From: Planctomycetota bacterium
GTDB lineage: Bacteria > Planctomycetota > UBA1135 > UBA2386
Direction of reading: 5' to 3'
NCBI GenBank assembly: GCA_965223545.1
Contig: OZ245006.1
Span: forward strand, 7,072,001-7,136,000
Length of the DNA: 64,000 bases
Notes under the pieces: model-generated
Databases searched by the model: none
What the model saw: the letters and a program-made list of their open reading frames with translations, nothing else
Told to the model about the DNA's origin: nothing
Program-made: the position numbers and the translations under genes
Shown here: positions 26,206 to 37,519 of the stretch, piece by piece
Layout: the number at the start of each line of letters is the position of its first letter
Position numbering within the stretch: the first letter of the stretch is position 1

Positions 26206-27149
26206 CACACGCGCGCGTTGTTCTGGCGATGGTGGTGCTGCTCGCCGGCCTGTTGGCCGCACCGGTCGGTGCGCAGGGTAGTCAGGCTGGGGGTAGTGCG
26301 GCTCCGGCAAGCGAACCGGGCCATGCCCCGGCGCAGTCGACGATGGAGATGGACAACGGCGCCTTCTTCATCGAGCAATTCAAGCACCTGCACCCGCACG
26401 CCAAGGCGCACCCCGAGCTCAGCACCGACCCCGCGACCAACGCGTGGTTGGTGTTCTACGACGTCAACCTCTACCAGCTCGGCGCCGTGCTCTTCCTCGC
26501 CGTGCTGTTCACGCTGGTGCTGACCAGCTTCAACTCGGGGAGAGCCCCGTGGCTGTTCCGCGTGCTGCGCGGCTGGTGCCACTGGTTGCGCGACGAGGTC
26601 GTGATCGCGGTGATGGGCAAGGAGGAGGGCGAGCGCTGGGCGCCGTTCTTCATCTACCTGTTCTTCTTCATCGCCGCGCTCAACCTGGTCGGCCTGGTGC
26701 CGCACCAAGTCACCGCGACCGCCTGCGTGTTCGTCACCGGCGGTCTCGCGGTGGTGATCCTGGCCATCATGATCGGCGGTGGCATGCTGCGGCAGGGCCC
26801 GCTGGCCTTCTGGAAGAACCTGCTACCGCACGGGCTGCCGCCGGCGCTGATCCCGCTGATGGCGGTGGTCGAGGTGGTCGGCCTGTTCGTCAAGCCGTTC
26901 GCGTTGATGATTCGTCTGTTCGCGAACATGCTCGCCGGCCACCTCCTCATCTACTCGTTCATCGGCCTGATGTTCGTGTTCGCCAAGATGCTCGAGCTGA
27001 GCGCGGCGAGCTACCTGACGGCGCTGCCGGTCTACGGCATGGCGCTGTTCATCAACATCATCGAGGCGCTGGTGGTCCTGCTCCAGGCCTACATCTTCAC
27101 CTATCTGAGCGTGCTGTTCGTGCAGGCATCCCTGCACCCGGAACACTGA
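26202..27149 (+). CDS. atpB: ATP synthase Fo subunit a
   Basis: KPFALMIRLFANMLAGH (essential Arg) and LQAYIFTYL; N-terminal signal-like extension. Confidence 0.95.
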   Translation: MTHARVVLAMVVLLAGLLAAPVGAQGSQAGGSAAPASEPGHAPAQSTMEMDNGAFFIEQFKHLHPHAKAHPELSTDPATNAWLVFYDVNLYQLGAVLFLAVLFTLVLTSFNSGRAPWLFRVLRGWCHWLRDEVVIAVMGKEEGERWAPFFIYLFFFIAALNLVGLVPHQVTATACVFVTGGLAVVILAIMIGGGMLRQGPLAFWKNLLPHGLPPALIPLMAVVEVVGLFVKPFALMIRLFANMLAGHLLIYSFIGLMFVFAKMLELSAASYLTALPVYGMALFINIIEALVVLLQAYIFTYLSVLFVQASLHPEH

Positions 27150-27210
27150 TCCACGGGCCGCACGCAAGCCAAAAGCGACGCAAAACTCTCTCCACGAAAA
27201 GGAACGAATC

Positions 27211-27462
27211 ATGCTCAGTCTGATCCAGGAAACCGCGACCAACTTCGGGGCCGGCATCGGCGCCGGCATCGCGGTGTTGGGTGCGGCCCTCGGCGCCGGC
27301 CTCGGCATTGGCCAGATCGGCGGCGGCGCCGCGCAAGGCATCGCGCGCCAGCCGGACGCGGTCGACAAGATCCGCGGCGCGGGCATCATCTTCGCCGCGC
27401 TGATCGAGGGCGTCGCCCTGTTCGGCCTGGTCATCGGCCTGCTGCTCTGGCTCAACAGCTGA
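27211..27462 (+). CDS. atpE: ATP synthase Fo subunit c
   Basis: GxGxGxG helix, ARQP loop, ALIEGVALF carboxylate. Confidence 0.97.
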   Translation: MLSLIQETATNFGAGIGAGIAVLGAALGAGLGIGQIGGGAAQGIARQPDAVDKIRGAGIIFAALIEGVALFGLVIGLLLWLNS

Positions 27463-27473
27463 AGGCCTGAGCG

Positions 27474-28049
27474 ATGGCATCCATCAGCGGCTCGCTGGCC
27501 CTGCTCACCACCGCGATCGCGGACGAGGGCGGTGACTTCAATCCGTTCGAGTTCGCGCCGGGCGCGACGTTTTGGACTTGGGTGATCTTCCTCGGCTCGC
27601 TGCCGCTGATGTGGAAGTTCGTCTTCGGCCCGATCACCCGAGCGCTCGCCGATCGGGATCAGGCGGTGGTCGACGCGGCTCGGGCCGCCGACGACGCACG
27701 GCTGAAGGCCGAGGAGGCGGTCGCCCAGGCGCGCGAGGAGCGCGAGCAGGCGCGCGCCGAAGCGCGCAAGATGGTGGCCGAGGCCACCGCCCGCGCCGAG
27801 CGGCAGGCGCAGGAAGCGCAGAAGACCGCGCAGGCCGAGGCCGATCGGATGCTGCAGAAGGCGCGTGAGGACATCGATGGCGAGAAGCGCCGCGCGTTGG
27901 TCGAGATCCGGCGCGAAGTGGTCGAGTTGACCATCGCCTCGACGGGACGCCTCCTGCAAAAGGAGGTCGACGACGACGCCCACCGCGAGCTGGTCAACCG
28001 GTTCTTGGGTGAGCTCGGCGGCAACCGCGGCACCGGCGGGAGCAACTGA
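27474..28049 (+). CDS. atpF: ATP synthase Fo subunit b
   Basis: FWTWVIF...KFVFGPI..AL..R followed by an Ala/Glu coiled coil; operon position. Confidence 0.93.
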   Translation: MASISGSLALLTTAIADEGGDFNPFEFAPGATFWTWVIFLGSLPLMWKFVFGPITRALADRDQAVVDAARAADDARLKAEEAVAQAREEREQARAEARKMVAEATARAERQAQEAQKTAQAEADRMLQKAREDIDGEKRRALVEIRREVVELTIASTGRLLQKEVDDDAHRELVNRFLGELGGNRGTGGSN

Positions 28050-28585
28050 TGATTGCGCTCGCCCGTCGCTACGCGCGCGCCTTGTTCGAGGTCGCCGAGG
28101 AGCAGGGGGCGACCGATGCGGTCGCCGCCGACCTCGAGGCGCTCGCCCAGGGGTTCGCGGACGGCGCGGCGCGCGACGTGCTGTCTGATCCGACCGTGCC
28201 GCGCAACGCTCTGGCGGAAGCGCTGAGCAAGCTCGCCGCCGACGCGCACCCGCTGACCCGCAACACCCTGGGCGTCGTGCTCGAGCGGCGGCGCGAGGCC
28301 TTGCTGCCGGAGTTGCACGGCGCCTTCGCCGCGCTGGTGCGTGCCGCGCGGGGCCAGATGGTCGGCGTCTTGGAGAGCGCACAGCCGCTCGACCCGGCTG
28401 CCGTCGCCGAGATCGAGAAGAAGACCGGCGCTGCCCTCGGCGCGGCGGTATCGCTGACCTTGCGCGTGGCGCCCGAGTTGATCGGTGGCGTGCGCGTGCG
28501 CGTCGGCAACACGCTCTACGACGGCTCGGTGAAGACCGCGCTCGAAGAGCTCGAGCGCAAGCTGATGGAAGCTCCGCTTCCCTAG
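28049..28585 (+). CDS. atpH: ATP synthase F1 subunit delta
   Basis: ARRYARALFEVA and PELIGGVRVRVGNTLYDGSVK. Confidence 0.95.
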   Translation: MIALARRYARALFEVAEEQGATDAVAADLEALAQGFADGAARDVLSDPTVPRNALAEALSKLAADAHPLTRNTLGVVLERRREALLPELHGAFAALVRAARGQMVGVLESAQPLDPAAVAEIEKKTGAALGAAVSLTLRVAPELIGGVRVRVGNTLYDGSVKTALEELERKLMEAPLP

Positions 28586-28657
28586 AGAAGGACGGTGGCG
28601 CGCAAGGCGTCCCCGCCCTCTGAAAACGAACACTTTGTCACAGCCAAACTGATCGCC

Positions 28658-30199
<1,542 letters not shown>

Positions 30200-30252
30200 G
30201 GCAGAAGCCTCCTCCGCGGTAGCTACGACGACCACCGAACAGCAAACGACCC

Positions 30253-31131
30253 ATGGCAAACGTCAAGGAACTGCGCGGCCGCATCAAGTCGGTGTCCAAC
30301 ATCGCCCAGATCACCAAGGCGATGGAGATGGTGGCGTCGATGAAGCTGCGCAAGGTGCAGGCCAAGGCGCTCGCCAGCCGTCCCTACGCGGAGGAGATCC
30401 GCGCGTTGGGGCGCCACCTGTCGGACTGTGTCGGCAACGACGCGGAGTTGCCGTTGTTCACCAAGCGCGAAGTGAAGACCACCGGCGTCTTTCTGGTGAC
30501 TTCCGACCGCGGGTTGTGCGGTGCCTACAACGCCAACATGCTGGCGCGCACCCACAAGGCGATCGACGCGATGCGCGCCGAGGGCCGCAACGTGCTGTTG
30601 TTCGTCTACGGCCGGAAGGGCTACACCTACTTCTACCGCCGCAACTACGAGGTCGAGAAGTTCTTCGTCGAGCCGCCGCTCGACAAGATGGACTTCTCCT
30701 CCGCACGGTTGGTGGTGAAGGAGCTGGTCGAGGCCTTCGAGAGCGGGCGGGTCGACGAGGTGCGGGTGTTCCACACGCAGTTCTTGTCGCCGGCCAAGTT
30801 CGCGCCGACCGACATTCCGTTCTTGCCGGTGCCGACCACCGAGTTCGAGGACGACATCGATCACAGTCTGGAGTTCGACTACTTGCTGGAGCCGAACCCC
30901 GAGACCCTGCTCAACCATCTGGTGCCGCGCTATCTCGAGGTCGTGGTCTACGACGCCATGCTGCAGTCGCTGGCGGCCGAGCACGCTTCGCGCCGCATGG
31001 CGATGAAGGGCGCGACCGATGCCGCCAGCCGGATGAGCAAGGAGCTGCGCCGGATCTACAACCGCGCGCGGCAAGAGAGCATTACCAAGGAGCTGCTCGA
31101 CATCGTCGGTGGCTCGGCCGCCGTGTCTTGA
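30253..31131 (+). CDS. atpG: ATP synthase F1 subunit gamma
   Basis: ITKAMEMVA, SDRGLCGAYN and YNRARQESITKELLDI. Confidence 0.98.
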   Translation: MANVKELRGRIKSVSNIAQITKAMEMVASMKLRKVQAKALASRPYAEEIRALGRHLSDCVGNDAELPLFTKREVKTTGVFLVTSDRGLCGAYNANMLARTHKAIDAMRAEGRNVLLFVYGRKGYTYFYRRNYEVEKFFVEPPLDKMDFSSARLVVKELVEAFESGRVDEVRVFHTQFLSPAKFAPTDIPFLPVPTTEFEDDIDHSLEFDYLLEPNPETLLNHLVPRYLEVVVYDAMLQSLAAEHASRRMAMKGATDAASRMSKELRRIYNRARQESITKELLDIVGGSAAVS

Positions 31132-31193
31132 GCCAACGAGTCTCGAGCCATCGTCCGCACTCCGCATTCAATTGAATCCGACCCACGAATTGA

Positions 31194-32672
<1,479 letters not shown>

Positions 32673-32679
32673 GGCGGCC

Positions 32680-33108
32680 ATGGCCAACGAACTCCATCTC
32701 CGCGTCGTCACTCCCGAGCGCACGGTCATCGACCGCAAGGTCGCCGAGGTGCAGTTCGTCGGCATCGACGGCTCCTACGGCATCTTGCCGAACCACGCGC
32801 CGTTGATGACCAGCACGGTGCCGGGCATCGTCACCATCCGCCACACCGACGGCTCGACCGAGCTGATGCTGGTGACCGACGGTTTCGCCGAGATGCGCGA
32901 CAACGTGCTGTCGCTGATCTGCGAGGCCGGCGAGCGGGCCGAAGAGATCGATCTCGAGCGCGCGGCCGCCGCCGAAGAGCGTGCCCGTGAGAAGATCGCC
33001 GACACCACCAGCCGCGGCGGCGATTTGCCGAGCGCGCAGGACGCGCTGCGCCGCGCGCAGTTGCGCCAGCTGATGGCCCGGCGAGGCGGCACCGGCGATC
33101 TGCGCTGA
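32680..33108 (+). CDS. atpC: ATP synthase F1 subunit epsilon
   Basis: VVTPER, GILPNHAP and EEIDLERA. Confidence 0.96.
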   Translation: MANELHLRVVTPERTVIDRKVAEVQFVGIDGSYGILPNHAPLMTSTVPGIVTIRHTDGSTELMLVTDGFAEMRDNVLSLICEAGERAEEIDLERAAAAEERAREKIADTTSRGGDLPSAQDALRRAQLRQLMARRGGTGDLR

Positions 33109-33158
33109 GCCCGCCGGTTGCGCGGGCCGCATGGGCGCGAGCCCGCGCCCGGAAGACG

Positions 33159-33587
33159 CTACTGGCCGCTCTCTTCGGCGGCGTCGGGATCCGCCGTCCC
33201 GGCCCAGACCGCGTGTTCGCTGCCGAGCATGGCGTCGGACGGTTCGTACTCCGCGATGGTCGAGCTGACCACCGGGGTGATGATCCAGGTCAGCGGCGGC
33301 CAGCCGTACCAGTAGTTCTCGGTGCCGGTCTGCACGATGCGGATGTTGTCGCCGTCGTCCTGCGCGATCGCTTGCGTCACCTCGTTGATCATGGTGGGGA
33401 CGTTGGTGTTGCCGACCACCGGGATGAACACGAACAGGTTCATGCCGACGTGGGTCGTGGTCATCACGTAGACCGGCTTGCCATTGGGGCCGACCCGGCC
33501 GTGCCAGGATTTGGCGGTCGAGTGTAGGGCGCAGCTTCCGAGCAGAACCAGTGCGAGGGGCGCGAGGAGGCGGGCGGACCGATGCAT
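33159..33587 (-). CDS. Lipoprotein of unknown function
   Basis: AAGGAG SD, ATG 33587, lipobox LGS-C. Confidence 0.7.
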   Translation of the reverse strand: MHRSARLLAPLALVLLGSCALHSTAKSWHGRVGPNGKPVYVMTTTHVGMNLFVFIPVVGNTNVPTMINEVTQAIAQDDGDNIRIVQTGTENYWYGWPPLTWIITPVVSSTIAEYEPSDAMLGSEHAVWAGTADPDAAEESGQ

Positions 33588-33778
33588 GGAGACTCCTTGT
33601 TCGATGGTGTCCTTGGGAGCGGAGATGTCCGGGAGACGGCAGTCGGTCATATCCGACCGCCGTTCAGAATCACGCTCTTTGCCGGCGCCACGGCTTCGCT
33701 CAAGAACCCGGTGCGTTATCCGCTGTCGGCCGCGCACTACACTGTTCGTTGGCGACTGCCGCCGCCTTGGTTCGACTG

Positions 33779-35122
33779 ATGCCCGAGCTTCCTGTCTTCC
33801 TGGCCGATCGCGTCGATGAGATCCTGGCCCAGCCGGATCCGTTCCGGCGTCAGGCCTTGCAGGAGCTGTGCCGAGGCCAACCGACCGACGCCGAGGCCAT
33901 CGTCGACCGCGTGCGGACCGCGATGCCGCACCGCCCGGATCTGCTGCCGACCTTGACCGCGATCGCTGGCGAGGAGGAGGCCGCGCGGCCCATGCCGCAG
34001 CAGATCGGTCCCTACAAGGTGCTCGAGCTGATCGGCGAGGGTGGCATGGGCTTGGTCTACCTGGCCGAGCAGGTCGAGGAGTTGCGCCGGCGGGTGGCGC
34101 TCAAGCTGGTGCGCAGCGGCATCGACACGCGCGAGGTGATCGCCCGTTTCGAAGCCGAACGGCAGGCGTTGGCGCTGATGAACCACGCCAACATCGCGCG
34201 CGTCTACGAGGCCGGGACCACCACGCTCGGCGAGCCGTACTTCGCCATGGAGTACGTGCCTGGCGTTCCGATCACCCAGTACTGCGACGCCCACCGCCTG
34301 ACCAACGCGGAGCGTCTGGACTTGATGATCGACGTCTGCAGCGGCATCCACCACGCACACGAGAACGGCATCGTGCACCGCGACATCAAGCCGTCCAACG
34401 TCCTGGTGATGCGGCTCGACGGCCGGGCGGTGCCGAAGATCATCGACTTCGGTGTCGCCAAAGCGATCAATCAGCGGCTCACCGAGAAGACCATCTTCAC
34501 CCAGCGCGGCCTGATCGTCGGCACGCCCGAGTACATGAGCCCCGAGCAGGCGGAGAGCTCGACCACCGACGTGGACGCGCGCTCCGACGTGTACTCGCTG
34601 GGCGTCCTGCTCTACGAGCTGCTCGTCGGCGAGCTGCCGTTCGACGTCACCGCGCTGCGCGAGCGCGGTCTGCTCGAGATCCAGCGCAAGATCGTCGAGG
34701 ACTCGCCGCCGCGGCCCAGCACGCGGTTGCGGCAGCTCGGCACCCGCCTCGAGTTCGTCGCGCATCGGCGGCGCACCAGCTCGCGCGCGCTGGCGCGAGG
34801 GCTGCGTGGGCCGCTCGATTGGATCCTGCTCAAGGCCTTGGAGAAGAGCCCGCAGCGGCGCTACCCGTCGGCGATGGCGTTGGCCAACGACATTGCCCGG
34901 TTTCGCCAGCGGCAGGCGGTCACCGCGGGGCCGCGCAGCACTTGGTATCGGCTGCGCGCGCTCGCCCAGCGGCACCAGGTGGCGCTGTGGATCGGCGTCT
35001 CGTTGGCGATCGCGCTGCTGGCGATCGTCGCCTTGATCTGGTGGCAGGCCGAGCAGACCCGCGACCTGCGCAGGCTGCTGGAGGAGCGGGAAGCCGAGAT
35101 CCGCCGGTTGCGGGGCAGCTGA
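33779..35122 (+). CDS. Hanks-type Ser/Thr protein kinase with one C-terminal TM helix
   Basis: GEGGMGLVY, VALK, HRDIKPSN, DFG and GTPEYMSPEQ. Confidence 0.95.
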   Translation: MPELPVFLADRVDEILAQPDPFRRQALQELCRGQPTDAEAIVDRVRTAMPHRPDLLPTLTAIAGEEEAARPMPQQIGPYKVLELIGEGGMGLVYLAEQVEELRRRVALKLVRSGIDTREVIARFEAERQALALMNHANIARVYEAGTTTLGEPYFAMEYVPGVPITQYCDAHRLTNAERLDLMIDVCSGIHHAHENGIVHRDIKPSNVLVMRLDGRAVPKIIDFGVAKAINQRLTEKTIFTQRGLIVGTPEYMSPEQAESSTTDVDARSDVYSLGVLLYELLVGELPFDVTALRERGLLEIQRKIVEDSPPRPSTRLRQLGTRLEFVAHRRRTSSRALARGLRGPLDWILLKALEKSPQRRYPSAMALANDIARFRQRQAVTAGPRSTWYRLRALAQRHQVALWIGVSLAIALLAIVALIWWQAEQTRDLRRLLEEREAEIRRLRGS

Positions 35123-35217
35123 GCGTCGCGCGAAGCGCTTGTTTCTGATTGCGGTCCGGCAGCGCGGACACGAGCCGCGGCTTGCCGCCGCGCCGCGCGT
35201 GCCGTTCGATGGCGGCC

Positions 35218-36432
35218 ATGGTCTCGCCCAGGCCCGGTGTCGCTCTCGGCGACCGCTCCTTGTTTCCCGCGCTGGGGGACCGCGCCTACCTGGCGCACGC
35301 AGCCATCGCGCCGCCGTCGGAGAACGTCCGGACGGCGGCCGAGGCGGTGTTGGCCGACTACGCCTCGCACGGTGCCGCGGCGTGGGTGCGCTACCGCGAC
35401 CAGCGCGACCAGCTGCGGGTGTCGCTGGCGCAGTTGATCGGCGCCACGGCCGACGAGATCGCGTTGGTGGCCAGCACCAGCATGGGGGTGCTCGACATCG
35501 CGCTGTGCTTGGACTGGCGGGCGGGCGAGCGGGTCTTGCTGTTCGACGGCGAGTTTCCCGCCAACGTCACCGCCTGGCAGCAGGCCGCCCAGCACCACGG
35601 CCTCGAGGTCGTGCGCCTGCCGGTGGCGGACTTCGCCGCCGCCGACGACCGCGGTCTGCGACGCCTCGAGGAGGTGCTCGCGGGCGGCGTCCGCCTGGTC
35701 GCGGTCAGTGCCGTCCAGTTCCAGAGCGGCTTGGCAATGCCGTTGGCGGCGATCGCCGAGCGATGCCGCCGTTGGGGCGCCGAGCTGTTCGTCGACGCGA
35801 TCCAGGCGGTCGGCGTCCTGCCCATCGACGTGCACGCGCTTGGGCTCGACTATCTCGCCGCTGGCAGTCACAAGTGGTTGATGGGGCTCGAGGGCGCGGG
35901 GTTGCTGTACGTGCGGCGCGAGCGGCAGCCCGGCCTGCGCCCGGTGGTCGCGGGGTGGCTGAGCCACGAGGATCCGGCGGCGTTCCTGTTCGAGGGCGCC
36001 GGCCATCTGCGCTACGACCGGCCGATCCGGCGCGGCGTCGACTTCCTCGAGTTCGGGGCGTTGAACACCGTCGGTTTCGCGGCCCTCGGCGCGGCGGTGG
36101 AGGACTTGCTCGCGCTCGGAGTCGACTCCATTCACGCGCATGTGCAGCGCATCCTCGACGCGCTCGAGCCGCGCTTGGTCGCCCTCGGTTTCACCAGCTG
36201 CAGGCCCGCCGACGCGGCGCGGCGCGCCGGCATCCTGGCCGTGCAGCCGCCGGCCGACAGCGCGCCGGTCGCCGAGCTCGGCGCCCGCTTGGCGGAGCTC
36301 GGCGTCGACGTCTCGACGCCGGATGGTCTGCTGCGCCTCGCGCCCCATTGGCCCAACGGCCTCGACCAAGTGGACGCCGTCGTCGACGCCTTCGCCCGTT
36401 GTCGGCACCCGGTGGACGGGGGGGCACGGTGA
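35218..36432 (+). CDS. PLP-dependent aminotransferase class V (cysteine desulfurase/selenocysteine lyase-like)
   Basis: YLAHAA, EFPAN, FVDAIQAVG and GSHKWLMG (PLP Lys). Confidence 0.88.
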   Translation: MVSPRPGVALGDRSLFPALGDRAYLAHAAIAPPSENVRTAAEAVLADYASHGAAAWVRYRDQRDQLRVSLAQLIGATADEIALVASTSMGVLDIALCLDWRAGERVLLFDGEFPANVTAWQQAAQHHGLEVVRLPVADFAAADDRGLRRLEEVLAGGVRLVAVSAVQFQSGLAMPLAAIAERCRRWGAELFVDAIQAVGVLPIDVHALGLDYLAAGSHKWLMGLEGAGLLYVRRERQPGLRPVVAGWLSHEDPAAFLFEGAGHLRYDRPIRRGVDFLEFGALNTVGFAALGAAVEDLLALGVDSIHAHVQRILDALEPRLVALGFTSCRPADAARRAGILAVQPPADSAPVAELGARLAELGVDVSTPDGLLRLAPHWPNGLDQVDAVVDAFARCRHPVDGGAR

Positions 36433-37061
36433 CCGACTCCGTAGTGCCGCTTCTCGTCGACGGTCCGGCGCGGGACGCGCCGCGCCTCGTGTTGGCGCAC
36501 GGCGCCGGTGCGCCGATGGACTCGGACTTCATGCAGCAAACCGCCGAGGCCATCGCCGGCCACGGCATCACGGTGGTTCGCTTCGAGTTCCCCTACATGG
36601 CCAAACGACGGGGCGACGATCGACGGCGGCCACCTGATCGCGCCGCAGTCCTCGCGGCCCACTACCGCGCAGTGGTCGAGCAGCTCGGCGGTGCCGAGTC
36701 GCTGGTGATCGGCGGCAAGTCGATGGGGGGCCGGATCGCGACCCAGATCGCGGACCGCGCCGGCGTCGCCGGAGTGGTGTGCTTCGGCTACCCGTTCCAT
36801 CCCCCCGGCAAGCCGGAGACCCTGCGCACCGCGCACCTGCGCGGGCTGCGCACCCCGGCGTTGATCGTCCAGGGCGAGCGCGACCCCTTTGGGCGGCCCG
36901 ACGAGGTGGCGGGCTACGATCTGGCGACCGGCATCGAGCTGCTCTGGTTGCCGGACGGCGACCACTCACTGGTGCCTCGGGTTCGTTCGGGGCACCGTAA
37001 GGAGGGGCACTGGCGCGATGCCGCGCGCGCCGCGGCGGAGTTCGTGGAACGGCGCTGCTGA
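36429..37061 (+). CDS. Alpha/beta hydrolase
   Basis: AHGAGAPMDS, GGKSMGGR nucleophile, QGERDPFG and DGDHSL; GTGA overlap. Confidence 0.88.
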   Translation: MTDSVVPLLVDGPARDAPRLVLAHGAGAPMDSDFMQQTAEAIAGHGITVVRFEFPYMAKRRGDDRRRPPDRAAVLAAHYRAVVEQLGGAESLVIGGKSMGGRIATQIADRAGVAGVVCFGYPFHPPGKPETLRTAHLRGLRTPALIVQGERDPFGRPDEVAGYDLATGIELLWLPDGDHSLVPRVRSGHRKEGHWRDAARAAAEFVERRC

Positions 37062-37123
37062 GGCGCCTTTGGACTTTCTCCGTTTTCTTCTGCACCCCGG
37101 CTTCGGCTTTCGCGCTTTGGTGG

Positions 37124-37516
37124 GTGGAGCGCCGTTGGGAAGTGGCGCTCGAACGACGTCCCTGCCAGGTCGATCTCGTGCCCCGCCACAGCCTTCACGC
37201 TCTGTTGAACCTGCCGCCCTCGCTGCGCGGCTCGGCGCGGGGCGCGGAGCCGGCGGGCGGCTTCGCCACCGAGAGCGTCCGCCCGGGCGCGACCGCCTCC
37301 GGTCCGGCGGCGCAAGATGCAGAGGGCGAAGCCTGGCAGCGCCGTTACGCCGCTGCGCGCGGAGCGCTGGCACCGGAGGACCGTTGGCTGCTCGAGGAGA
37401 TCGAGCTGCGGGGCACGAGCTACGCGCGGCTGTCGCGCGAGCTCGGCTGCTCGCGGGACGTCATTGCCCGGCGGGTGTTCGAGTCGCGCGCGCAGCTGGT
37501 GCGCCGGATGGCCTGA
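37124..37516 (+). CDS. Small protein with a sigma-70 region-4-like HTH only
   Basis: C-terminal LAPEDRWLLEEIELRGTSYARLSRELGCSRDVIARRVFESRAQL; no region 2; start uncertain. Confidence 0.5.
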   Translation: MERRWEVALERRPCQVDLVPRHSLHALLNLPPSLRGSARGAEPAGGFATESVRPGATASGPAAQDAEGEAWQRRYAAARGALAPEDRWLLEEIELRGTSYARLSRELGCSRDVIARRVFESRAQLVRRMA

Positions 37517-37519
37517 CGA

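Noticed and set aside
27211..27462. Na+-translocating or N-type ATPase
   Set aside because: The c subunit lacks the Na+ ligand pattern, and the gene order is the standard B-E-F-H-A-G-D-C with a separate delta.
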